This document shows positions 23,401 through 34,389 of a DNA stretch of 64,000 nucleotides, piece after piece (position 1 is the stretch's first letter; the number at the start of each line of letters is the position of its first letter). The stretch covers positions 1-64,000 of the forward strand of contig NIVC01001291.1 in assembly GCA_002269645.1 (NCBI GenBank). The letters are read 5' to 3'. Under the pieces are notes generated by a model, which saw only the letters and a list, made by a program, of their open reading frames with translations, was not told where the DNA came from and searched no databases. The stretch is from Macrostomum lignano (Eukaryota). The position numbers and the translations under genes are program-made.

Positions 23401-26400
23401 AGTGTTACCGGCCAGGACCAGTTTCTGAGCAGGTTAACATGACTTTTGTTAGCTGTCATATTAATCAGAATAAATGAGAAAATGTCTCCAGCACTACTGA
23501 TTAACACTAACTGCAAAGTAGTCTGATTGGTTTATTATTCCGATACTATAAAATTAATTGATTACACCTGCCCTGATAGGCAGATAAGCAACCGACAGCT
23601 CAGGACTGGGGGAGGGTCGCCACACACACCGTCAATTACCCCAACTAATGCTGGCACCCATTTTACAGCTGGGTGAACTGAAGCAATGCAGAGTGTCTTT
23701 TGCTCATGGACACAATTGTTCTAAGTGAGTCTAGAATCGAACCCCCGACCTTTCAGTCGCGAGTCCGACGCTTTAACCACTAGGCTGCAACCCCTTATAT
23801 ATTGAAATAAATCATTCCTACCTCACAGCTGGAGCAGTCCGAACCCGCTGTGTCCATCGTTTGCGTCTCAGAGCCTCTGCCGGCCGTGACGCCTGCGGCT
23901 CGGCGTCAGGCAGCCAAAGAGGCCGCCGCGGTGCGCGACCACTGGCTGCGCGAGCTGCGCCGCCTGGTGCCGGAGCGTCGGCGTCAGTTGAAAGTCAGAG
24001 ACGAGAGAACCGCTAGGCGGACCATCTATCCGCTGGTGATTGCGCTTGATGAAGAGGAGACTGTACAGTTTCTGCTCAGCCAGGCTGTGATGCTGGCCTC
24101 TATACAGGCTGTGCAGTACATGCCAAAGCCTCACTTTATGCGGGATCTGACGGATTTGTTCTATGAAAAAATTCAGCGCAAAGCTAGAGCGGTCAGTGCT
24201 GCTTTGATTACACTTCTTTGCAATGGGATTTTCCATGGCTGGGTCCTCTAGTAGCGGGTCTTAAGCTGATGGGATCTTAAATCTGTGAGATCCTAAGCTG
24301 ATGGGATCTTTGATCTGTGGGATCCTAAGCTGATGGGATCTTAGATCTGTGGGATCCTAAGCTGATGGGATCTTAGATCTGTGGGATCCTAAGCTGATGG
24401 GATCTTAGATCTGTGGGATCCTAAGCTGATGGGATCTTAGATCTGTGGGATCCTAAGCTGATGGGATCTTAGATCTGTGGGATCCTAAGCTGATGGGATC
24501 TTAGATCTGTGGGATCCTAAGCTGATGGGATCTTTGATCTGTGGGATCCTAAGCTGATGGGAAAGCTGATGGGATCTTAGATCTGTGGGATCCTAAGCTG
24601 ATGGGATCTTAGATCTGTGGGATCCTAAGCTGATGGGATCTTAGATCTGTGGGATCCTAAGCTGATGGGATCTTAGATCTGTGGGATCCTAAGCTGATGG
24701 AATCTTAGATCTGTGGGATCCTAAGCTGATGGAATCTTAGATCTGTCTGATCCTAAGCTGATGGGATCTTAGATCTGTGGGATCCTAAGCTGATGGGATC
24801 TTAGATCTGTGGGATCCTAAGCTGATGGAATCTTAGATCTGTCTGATCCTAAGCTGATGGGATCTTAGATCTGTCTGATCCTAAGCTGATGGGATCTTAG
24901 ATCTGTCTGATCCTAAGCTGATGGGATCTTAGATCTGTGGGATCCTAAGCTGATGGGATCTTAGATCTGTCTGATCGTAAGCTGATGGAATCTTAGATCT
25001 GTTTGATCCTAAGCTGATGGGATCTTAGATCTGTGGGATCCTAAACTGATGGGATCTTAGATCTGTTTGATCCTAAACTGATGGGATCTTAGATCTGTCT
25101 GATCCTAAGCTGATGGAATCTTAGATCTGTCTGATCCTAAACTGATGGGATCTTAGATCTGTTTGATCCTAAACTGATAGGATCTTAGATCTGTCTGATC
25201 CTAAACTGATGGGATCTTAGATCTGTTTGATCCTAAACTGATGGGATCTTAGATCTGTCTGATCCTAAGCTGATAGTATCTTATATCGTCGGATATCGTC
25301 GGATCTTAAGTAGTGGGATCCTAAAAAATAGGATTTTAGATTCGCAGTAAGTATCCACTCAGTAGATGGGATCTTACATCAAAGAAATCCTCAATCAGCT
25401 GTCATCTAAATGTTAAAAGTGGTGGCATCTAAGCTTCGAGCAATTAATTGCAATACGAATAATTCCCATAATTCCCCAGGAGCTGGGTCGTGAAACTGGT
25501 GACCTGGGCTGGCCGCCTCTGCCCCGTCATTGGCGCATCGAATTAGGCAAATACCTGACCGATCACCTGGCCCAGCTCACTTATCGAGGCGTGCCGGCCA
25601 CGTACGGAGTTCTGGATCCCGATAGCAACGTGCAGCACATCCGGGCTCATCCGACAGTCGCTAAAGCATTTCAGCAGGCGCAGGATGCCACCAAGCTGAT
25701 GTTCCAGCCATCCAAGCTGCCAATGCTGACTAAGCCTTTTTGGCCAGCTCGCTACATGACCTTAAATACGGAATTGCTGAGGCAATATGCCCTGGCCCAG
25801 ATGAGCGAAATCCGACTGTCTGGGCCGCCCCCGACTGTTCTTGAGGCACTGCATGTGAGTATGAGTTAGCTTATTTTCTTGCTTTCCATGTCACTTGATT
25901 TCTTCTTTAGCCAATTAGAATATCTGTGGCTTCTTGGCTTCGTCTGTTTTAGTATATATTGGTTTTAATTCTTCAAAATCATCTAGTTCTACATCTTTCC
26001 ATAATCTTCTAGATTTGCATCCTCCCAGAATCCTATAAATCTGCATCATCCCAGAACCCTATAAATCTGCATCATCCCAGAATCCTATAAATCTGCATTA
26101 TCCCAGAATCCTATAAATCTGCATCATCCCAGAATCCTTTAAATCTGCATTATCCCAGAATCCTATAAATCTGCATCATCCCAGAATCCTTTAAATCTGC
26201 ATCATCCCAGAATCCTTTAAATCTGCATTATCCCAGAATCCTTTAAATCTGCATCATCCCAGAACCCTATAAATCTGCATTATCCCAGAATCCTATAAAT
26301 CTGCATCATCCCAGAATCCTTTAAATCTGCATTATCCCAGAATCCTATAAATCTGCATCATCCCAGAATCCTTTAAATCTGCATCATCCCAGAATCCTTT

Positions 26401-28797
26401 AAATCTGCATTATCCCAGAATCCTTTAAATCTGCATCATCCCAGAATCCTTTAAATCTGCATTATCCCAGAATCCTATAAATCTGCATCATCCCAGAATC
26501 CTTTAAATCTGCATCATCTCAGAATCCTTTAAATCTGCATTATCCCAGAATCCTTTAAATCTGCATTATCCCAGAATCCTATAAATCTGCATCATCCCAG
26601 AATCCTTTAAATCTGCATCATCCCAGAATCCTTTAAATCTGCATTATCCCAGAATCCTTTAAATCTGCATCATCCCAGAATCCTTTAAATCTGCTTGCAT
26701 CATCCCAGAATCCTTTAAATCTGCTTGCATCATCCCAGAATCTTCTCTAAATCTGCATCATATCAGAATTCTCTAAACCGGCGTCATCCTAAAATCCTCT
26801 AATTCTGCATCATCTCAGACTCAGAATCCTCTAAATTTGCATCTCATAATCCTTTAAATCTGCATTATCCCCGAATCCTTTAAATCAGCATCATCTCAGA
26901 CTCAGAATGCATACTTCTAAATACTGCTGCAGATTCCTTAAGCATCCCCATATTCACACTCAAACAGTCCTATATTTCATTTTATCTGTTTCTTTTTTCA
27001 CGCGCTAATCCTATCAATTGAATTCTCCCCAACAACCGCGACCAGACCGTGAGCTCCTGCGCCTGGCGAGTTGACAGAGCCATGCTCCGCTTGATAACTG
27101 ACCGCTTCAATTCTGGCGGCGCCGAGCACCTGGCGCTGCCTGCCCGACCCCGATCTGTAGAGCGCCTGGCGCCTCCGGCTCCGGGCGCGTCGAGGGCCGA
27201 CATCGCCGCCCTACGCCGGGAGAAAGCGGCCGAGCGCAAAGCTGAAAGGGAGCGCTATTCTCTCTGGTGCACGGAGCTTTACCGGCTGTCCATTGCCGAT
27301 TGGCTGAAGGACCGGCCGTTCTACTTGCCGCATAATATGGACTTCCGGTGAGTAGTCGGTTAGTAATAATATATTAACTATTATAATTACGAGCGTAGTA
27401 TAATCTATATGCTAATTTTGCGCTGTTTGTTTGTCTGTCTTTCTGTCTGTCTTTGAATTTTTCGAGAACCGTCTGGCTGAGAAATAAAGCCGATATGTAT
27501 CGAAAAATACAAAACTGCACAAAAAAGCCGATATGTATCGAAAAATAAAATAAATTTTTGCAGAGGCCGGGCCTACCCAATGCCGCCCCATCTGAACCAC
27601 ATGAGCTGCGATCTGTCCCGCTCGCTGCTTCGCTTCAACAATGCCAAGCCTCTGGGCGAGCGCGGCTGGCGCTGGCTCCGCATTCACGCCATCAATGTGG
27701 CGGATCTTGGCAAAAAATTGACAAACGCCGAACGGCTAGACATGGCCGACTCGCTGCTGCCGGACATCATCGACAGCGCCGAACGGCCCTGGACCGGGCG
27801 CGGCTGGTGGCAGAACGACGAAGCTCCCTGGCAGACTCTAGCCACGTGCTCTGAGATCCTCGCCGCTGCCAGGCATCCAGACGGGCCGGAACGCTACGTG
27901 AGTTCGTTCCCTGTGCACCAGGACGGCAGCTGCAACGGACTGCAACACTACGCCGCAATGGGCCGGGATGTGGCCGGCGCTCTGGCTGTCAATCTGCGAG
28001 CGGTTGACCGGCCGCAAGATGTCTACCAGGCTGTTGTAGATCTGGTAGAGTCTACCAGAGTAGCCGATGCCGCTCAAGGTCACGCGGTTGCCCAGTCGCT
28101 TCAAGGCTACGTAGTTAGGCGCACAATCAAGCAGTCGGTGATGACCACAGTCTACGGCGTCACGGAGTACGGCGCCATACAGCAGATCCTGGCCAGGCTG
28201 AAGGACGCTGAGTTCCCTAGCGAGATGCGGCACAAGGCAGCAGCCTATTTGGCTAAACTGACCCTGTCCAGCATTGGCAGGATTTTCACTAGCGCCACCC
28301 ACATTCAGCACTGGTTCACCGATCTGGCCAAGGACGTGGCCAAGCTGAGGCAGGCTTCAATCCAATGGCGAACTCCGCTAGGCCTGCCCATTGTGCAGCC
28401 GTATCCGCCCGATCCGGTCAAACAGTCCAACGCGTTTCCGCCTAATTTTGTGCACTCGCTCGACTCGTGTCATATGATGCTAACGGCATTGGAGTGCCAG
28501 AAGTTTGGCGTCACTTTTGCCGCGGTGCACGACTGCTTCTGGACGCATCCGTGCGACGTGGACGCCATGGGCAGGATCTGTAGGCAGCAGTTTGTCCAGC
28601 TGCACAGCAAGCCAATCCTAGCCGATCTCAGCTCGCATATTGATCGCGTGTTCTCATTTCGTCAGTCAGAATTGGCCAGCCTCAGCGGCCAGAAGCTGCA
28701 GGCTGCTAAGCGATTTAATTCTCGAATTCTGCAGATTCCCGACAAGGGCGACTTCGATCTGTCCGAGGTGTTGCGGTCCGAGTATTTCTTCTCCTGA
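20474..28797 (+). CDS. POLRMT: Mitochondrial T7-like RNA polymerase; exons ~20474-20531, 21766-22322, 22991-23191(?), 23385-23432(?), 23829-24191, 25480-25854, 27046-27347, 27564-28797
   Basis: Presequence-like N-terminus MLPLLRIFALSETQQICRHCFAARQQR. Motifs PHNMDFR|GRAYP, HQDGSCNGLQHY, RRTIKQSVMTTVYG, FPPNFVHSLDS, VHDCFWTH and the YFFS end. Splice phases agree; exons 3-4 are uncertain. Confidence 0.95.
20556..21572 (+). repeat. POLRMT intron 1 minisatellite, 24-bp unit GAATCGCCCCTAGACTACCTTTCA, diverging along the array
   Basis: ~40 tandem units starting ~25 nt after the donor. Confidence 0.95.
22416..22935 (+). repeat. POLRMT intron 2 minisatellite, ~24-bp unit GAGAATCGCCCCTAGACTACCATT
   Basis: Tandem units; same family as the intron 1 array. 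Confidence 0.95.
23570..23794 (-). mobile_element. tRNA-derived SINE with a CORE-like central domain, in a POLRMT intron
   Basis: Minus strand has A-box GCCTAGTGGTTAAAG and B-box GGTTCGATTC, then GTGTCCATGAGCAAAAGACAC..CAGTTCACCCAGCTGTAAAATGGG, resembling the MIR/CORE motif. No acceptor stem. Confidence 0.65.
24203..25275 (+). repeat. POLRMT intron minisatellite, 32-bp unit GCTGATGGGATCTTAGATCTGTGGGATCCTAA (~32 copies)
   Basis: Tandem units visible. Confidence 0.95.
26025..26910 (+). repeat. POLRMT intron minisatellite, 26-bp unit ATCTGCATCATCCCAGAATCCTTTAA
   Basis: Tandem units, decaying after ~26760. Confidence 0.95.
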
Positions 28798-28921
28798 GAT
28801 GCTTGTGGCAATATTTTTTGTACAGATAACTTACAATCTTCTAGATTTGTTATTGTGTGCCTGAGAAGCGCTACGTCTTTCCGTTTCAAGCGTATAGCGC
28901 ATTCTGACGTTCACAATTGTT

Positions 28922-29408
28922 AGGGGAATCCATGCCATGTTCCTATTGTTCAGGAGAACTGGGGAATCCATGCCGTGCTCCTATTGGTCAAGAGAAATGG
29001 GGAATCCATGCCGTGCTCCTATTGGTCAAGAGAAATGGGGAATCCATGCCGTGCTCCTATTGGTCAAGAGAACTGAGGAATCCATGCCGTGCTCCTATTG
29101 GTCAAGAGAACTGAGGAATCCATGCCGTGTTCCCATTGGTCAAGAGAACTGGGAATCCATGCCGTGCTCCTATTGGTCAAGAGAACTGGGGAATCCATGC
29201 CGTGCTCTTATTGGTCAAGAGAACTGGGGAATCCATGCCGTGCTCCTATTGGTCAAGAGAACTGGGGAATCCATGCCGTGCTCCTATTGGTCAAGAGAAC
29301 TGAGGAATCCATGCCGTGCTCCTATTGGTCAAGAGAACTGTGGAATCCATGCCGTGCTCCTATTGGTCAAGAGAACTGAGGAATCCATGCCGTGCTCCTA
29401 TTAGTCAA
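28922..29408 (+). repeat. 38-bp minisatellite GAATCCATGCCGTGCTCCTATTGGTCAAGAGAACTGGG (~12 copies)
   Basis: Tandem units between the POLRMT stop and CTU1. Confidence 0.95.
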
Positions 29409-29779
29409 TGTGTATAATTTGTCAGTTTTTTTGCTGAAGCCTGTGAATTATGAGCGTAACTTTTTGCAATACAACCATTGCTGCAGTCTGAGGTTCAATA
29501 TTTTCCACCTTTAAATGTTCTTATATCTTTCTGCAGCAAATTCAAACTTATTGCTTTGTGTTAAAAAAGTTACAAGTAAGGCGCAGTGTAGATTTTCAGC
29601 TGTTGCAGCATTTCATATTTCATTGTGTCCGGTTTTAGCAGCACATTTGTTATCTTTATAATGCTGTTTGAGTATATTATGCATATTTTTGCTAGCTAAC
29701 CAAATTATATTGTGACTTCTTCATATTAGTTTTAAGACTAACGTTTTGCTTCGGTAATCCTTTGCAAAGTAAAGCACCT

Positions 29780-30825
29780 TAAACATCAAGCATCAGCCTC
29801 ATCAATCCCATCCCAGCATCAGCCTCATCAATCACACGCCCCAGCATCAGCCTTATCAATCCCACACCCCAGCATCAGCCTCACCAATCCCACACCCCAG
29901 CATCAGCCTCTTCAATCCCACACCCCAGCATCAGCCTCTTCAATCCCACACCCCAGCATCAGCCTCATCAATCCTACACCCAGCATCATCAATTACATGC
30001 CCCAGCATAAGCCTCATCAATCCCACACCCCAGCATCAGCCTCATCAATCCGACACCTTTAGCATCAGCCTCATCAATCCGACACCTTTAGCATTAGCCT
30101 CATCATTCACATGCCCCAGCGTCAGCCTCATCAATCACATGTTCCAGCATCAGCCTCATCAATCCCAAACCCCAGCATCAGCCTCATCAATCCCACACCT
30201 TTAGCATCAGCCTCATCAATCACATGCCTCAGCATCAGCCTCATCAATCCGACACCTTTAGCATCAGCCTCATCATTCACATGCCCCAGCGTCAGCCTCA
30301 TCAATCACATGTTCCAGCATCAGCCTCATCAATCCCAAACCCCAGCATCAGCCTCATCAATCCCACACCTTTAGCATCAGCCTCATCAATCCCACACCTT
30401 TAGCATCAGCCTCATCAATCCCACACCTTTAGCATCAGCATCAGCCTCACCAATTCTACACCCTAGCATCAGCCTCACCAATTCTACACCCTAGCATCAG
30501 CCTCACCAATTCTACACCCTAGCATCAGCCTCATCAATCACACCCCAGCACCAGCCTCATCAATCACACCCCAGCACCAGCCTCATCAATCACACCCCAG
30601 CACCAGCCTCATCAATCACACCCCAACACCAGCCTCATCAATCACACCCCAGCATCAGCCTCATCAATCACTCCCCAGCACCAGCCTCATCAATCACACC
30701 CCAGCATCAGCCTCATCAATCACTCCCCAGCACCAGCCTCATCAATCACACCCCAGCATCAGCCTCATCAATCACTCCCCAGCACCAGCCTCATCAATCA
30801 CACCCCAGCATCAGCCTCATCAATG
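29780..30825 (+). repeat. 26-28-bp minisatellite CAGCATCAGCCTCATCAATCACACCC upstream of the CTU1 acceptor
   Basis: Variable tandem units ending ~20 nt before the AG at 30846-30847. Confidence 0.9.
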
Positions 30826-30847
30826 CCATCTCATTCTGGAACTGCAG

Positions 30848-33257
30848 GCCGCCTCACCGCAGCGGCAGCCGCAGCGCAGGTGCCGTTTCTGCGAGAAGAA
30901 GCCGCAGCTTCGTCGGCCAAAAACCGGCCACGCAGTCTGCCGCGACTGCTTCTTCTGGGCATTCGAAGCTGAAACTCACGACACGATCGTCTCCAGCCGG
31001 ATGTTCTCGCCCGGCGAACGCGTCGCTATTGGCGCATCCGGCGGCAAAGATTCCACTGTGCTGGCCTACCTGTTGAAGACGCTAAATGAGAGGCACAATT
31101 ATGGGCTGGATCTGCGCCTGCTGGCTATTGATGAGGGCATTGCCGGTTATCGGGACGATTCTCTGGACGCTTTGAGGCGCACAGAGGTTTGTCATCGTTT
31201 GAACTCAGTGTAGCATTTTGTATCAAATCCAGGTGTCACCTTTGAAATCCAGGTGTCACCTTTGAAATCCAGGTGTCACCTTTGAAATCCAGGTGTCACC
31301 TTTGAAATCCAGGTGTAACCTTTGAAATCCAGGTGTCACCTTTAAAATCCAGGTATCACTTTGAAATCACTTTTGAAATCCAGGTGTCACCTTTGAAATC
31401 CAGGTATCACCTTTGAAATCAATGTGTCACATTTGAACTCAATGTTTCACCTTTGAAATCCAGGTATCACCTTTGAAATCAATGTGTCACCTTTGAAATC
31501 CAGGTATCACCTTTGAAATCACTTTTGAAATCCAGGTGTCACTTTTGAAATCACTTTTGAAATCCAGGCATCACTTTTGAAATCACTTTTGAAATCCAGG
31601 TGTCACCTTTGAAATCCAGGTATCACATTTGAAATCCAGGTGTCACATTTCAAATCCAGGTGTCACCTTTGAAATCCAGGTACCACCTTTGAAATCCAGG
31701 TGTCACTTTTGAAATCCAGGTGTCACTTTTGAAATCCAGGTATCACCTTTGAAATCCAGGTGTCACGTTTGAAATCCAGGTATCACCTTTAAAGTCCAGG
31801 TATCACCTTTGAAATCCAGGTATCACCTTTAAAGTCCAGGTATCACCTTTGAAATCCAGGTGTCACCTTTAAAGTCCAGGTATCACCTTTGAAATCCAGG
31901 TGTCACCTTTGAAATCCAGGTACCACCTTTGAAATCCAGGTGTCACTTTTGAAATCCAGGTGTCACTTTTGAAATCCAGGTATCACCTTTGAAATCCAGG
32001 TGTCACGTTTGAAATCCAGGTATCACCTTTAAAGTCCAGGTATCACCTTTGAAATCCAGGTATCACCTTTAAAGTCCAGGTATCACCTTTGAAATCCAGG
32101 TGTCACCTTTAAAGTCCAGGTATCACCTTTGAAATCCAGGTATCACCTTTGAAATCCAGGTATCACCTTTAAAGTCCAGGTATCACCTTTGAAATCCAGG
32201 TGTCACTTTTGAAATCCAGGTATCACATTTGAAATCCAGTTGTCACTTTTGAAATCCAGGTGTCACCTGTGAAACCCAGGTATCGCCTGTGAAACCCAGG
32301 TATCGCCTGTGAAACCCAGGTATCACCTGTCCAACCCAGGTATCACCTGTGAAACCCAGGTAATACCTTTTAAAGTCCAGGTATCAACTTCACAATTTAG
32401 CTTATGGATTGAATCAAAAGTTAAATAAAATTAGAAAGCTACTTACGCTGTTTATTATTAAGTAGTATAACAGGCTTTTTCCATCAAATTCTACAGGTCA
32501 GCCTCGGCCTGCCCCTCACAATCTTCACCTATCGCGACCTGTACGGCTGGACAATGGACGAAGTTGTCCGGGCCGCTGGCCGGCGCAGCAATTGCACCTT
32601 CTGCGGCGTGTTCCGTCGCCAGGCCCTGGACAGAGGCGCCGGTCATCTTAAAGCTGACAAACTGGCCACCGGTCACAATGCTGACGATGTGGCCGAGACC
32701 GTCGTGATGAACCTCCTGCGTGGCGACGCGGCCAGGCTGTCCCGCTGCGCCGACGGCGTCACCCACACGGGCGGCGGCCTGCCGGCCCGCTGCAAGCCGT
32801 TAAAGTACGCCTACGAGAAGGAAATCGTGCTCTACGCCTACTTCAAACGGCTTGACTACTTCGCCACCGAGTGCCTGTACGCCCCGGCTGCCTACAGGGG
32901 CCACGCCAGGGCTCTGGTGAAGGATCTGGAGCGGGCCAGGCCGGCCGCTCTGCTGCACATTATCCAGGCCGCTGAACAGATTCGATTCCGTACCGATGCT
33001 CGAATGCCGGAGCTGGACACCTGCCGGTTGTGCGGCTACGTCAGCAGCCAGCCAGTGTGCAAAGCCTGCGTGCTGCTGGACGGCTTGAACTCCGGCAATC
33101 CCGGCTGGCTGTTGGCAAATCCTCGGCTTGTTCGGCTAAGCAACAGCAGCAGCGAATGCTTACTGATGCTGGGCGTAATAGCGCCCAATGCTGCGGTAGC
33201 GCCGGCGCCAGGCGCGGCTGCTCGGGATCGGCATGCGCTGCGGCGGCGGATTCTTGA
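30848..33257 (+). CDS. CTU1: Cytoplasmic tRNA 2-thiolation protein 1; exons 30848-31186 and 32497-33257; no in-frame ATG at the start; apparent 1-nt deletion at ~33100
   Basis: CxxC...CxxC N-terminus, PP-loop [33 protein letters not shown]-terminal CxxC/CxxC. Phase-0 splice GAG|GTTTGT..CTACAG|GTC. Confidence 0.93.
31228..32390 (+). repeat. CTU1 intron minisatellite, 20-bp unit TGAAATCCAGGTGTCACCTT (~55 copies)
   Basis: Tandem units with a higher-order duplicated block. Confidence 0.95.
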
Positions 33258-33329
33258 TGACTTTTTAAATCTGTTCTTTGGAATCGCCTTCTAGTGTTTT
33301 GAGAGTCTATTTTGGGAATAGCTATCTCA

Positions 33330-33660
33330 CCAGATGTCCTATTGGGAATTCCATGTTCAGTGTGTTCTACCGGAATTCCCTGTTCACTATGTTCTATACG
33401 GAATTTCCTATTCACCGTGTCCTATTGGGAATTCTCTGTTCATTGTGTTCTATTGGGAATTCCCTGTTCACTGTGTCCTACTGAGAATTCCCTTTTCACC
33501 GTGTCCTATTGGGAATTCCCTTTTACCGTGTCCTATGGGAATTCCCTTTTACCGTGTCCTATGGGAATTCCCTTTTACCGTGTCCTATGGGAATTCCCTT
33601 TTACCGTGTCCTAGATTGGGAATTCCCTTTTACCGTGTCCTATTGGCAATTCCCTTTTAC
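33330..33660 (+). repeat. 26-30-bp minisatellite GGGAATTCCCTTTTACCGTGTCCTAT in the CTU1 3' region
   Basis: Tandem units before AATAAA at 33687-33692. Confidence 0.9.
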
Positions 33661-33959
33661 AGTCTGTTTTTGGTTGTCAGTTTAATAATAAAACTTTCAT
33701 CAACCCACGAATCCCCACTTATTTAAATTTCTTCTTCCCTTTACTTTAGCACAAGGTGGTTATTGTAGTTATCAAATGCCTCGGCTTATAATCAATTTTT
33801 GGTTTTTGACTCGCTTATTCGGGGCTGTATCGCTCACATTTATTCTGCTGTAGAAATGTTTACTGTTGATCAATAAATTTAATGACGCATTGATTGCTCG
33901 ATTAGTATTTGCTTTGCAATAAATAATGAAATTTAAGCACAGTCAGCATTTTTAGAATT

Positions 33960-34325
33960 TCACCTCAGATGACTTGTAAGTAAACTTCTGATAAAACTTG
34001 ACCTCAAATGACCCCAGTAAATGAACTTCTAATAAAACTTGACCTCAAATGACCCCAGTAAATAAACTTCTAATAAAACTTTACCTCAGATGACCCCAGT
34101 AAGCGACCTAATAGAACTTGACCTCATATAACCCCAGCAAGTGACCTAAATAGAACTTGACCTCAGATGACCCCAGTAAATAAACTTCTAATAGAGCTTG
34201 ACCTCAGATGACCCCAGTAAGCGACCTAATAGAACTTGACCTCAGATGACCCCAGTAGTGACCTAAAAGAACCTTGACCTCAGATGACCCCAGTAAGTGA
34301 CCTAAATAGAACTTGACCTCAGATG
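33960..34325 (+). repeat. ~38-41-bp minisatellite TTGACCTCAGATGACCCCAGTAAGCGACCTAATAGAAC upstream of the RPL15 coding exon
   Basis: ~9 variable units. Confidence 0.9.
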
Positions 34326-34389
34326 TCCCTTATAATTCCGCTAAAGTATTTCTTGACCTCACACTTTCCCCGCTGCACTTCCAGCCGTC

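Noticed and set aside
23720-23794. tRNA gene
   Set aside because: A and B boxes are present, but the acceptor stem does not pair and the sequence runs into a SINE body.
27564-28797. Phage T7-like RNA polymerase / prophage
   Set aside because: Spliceosomal introns, a presequence-like N-terminus and the POLRMT-type C-terminus show it is the nuclear-encoded mitochondrial enzyme.
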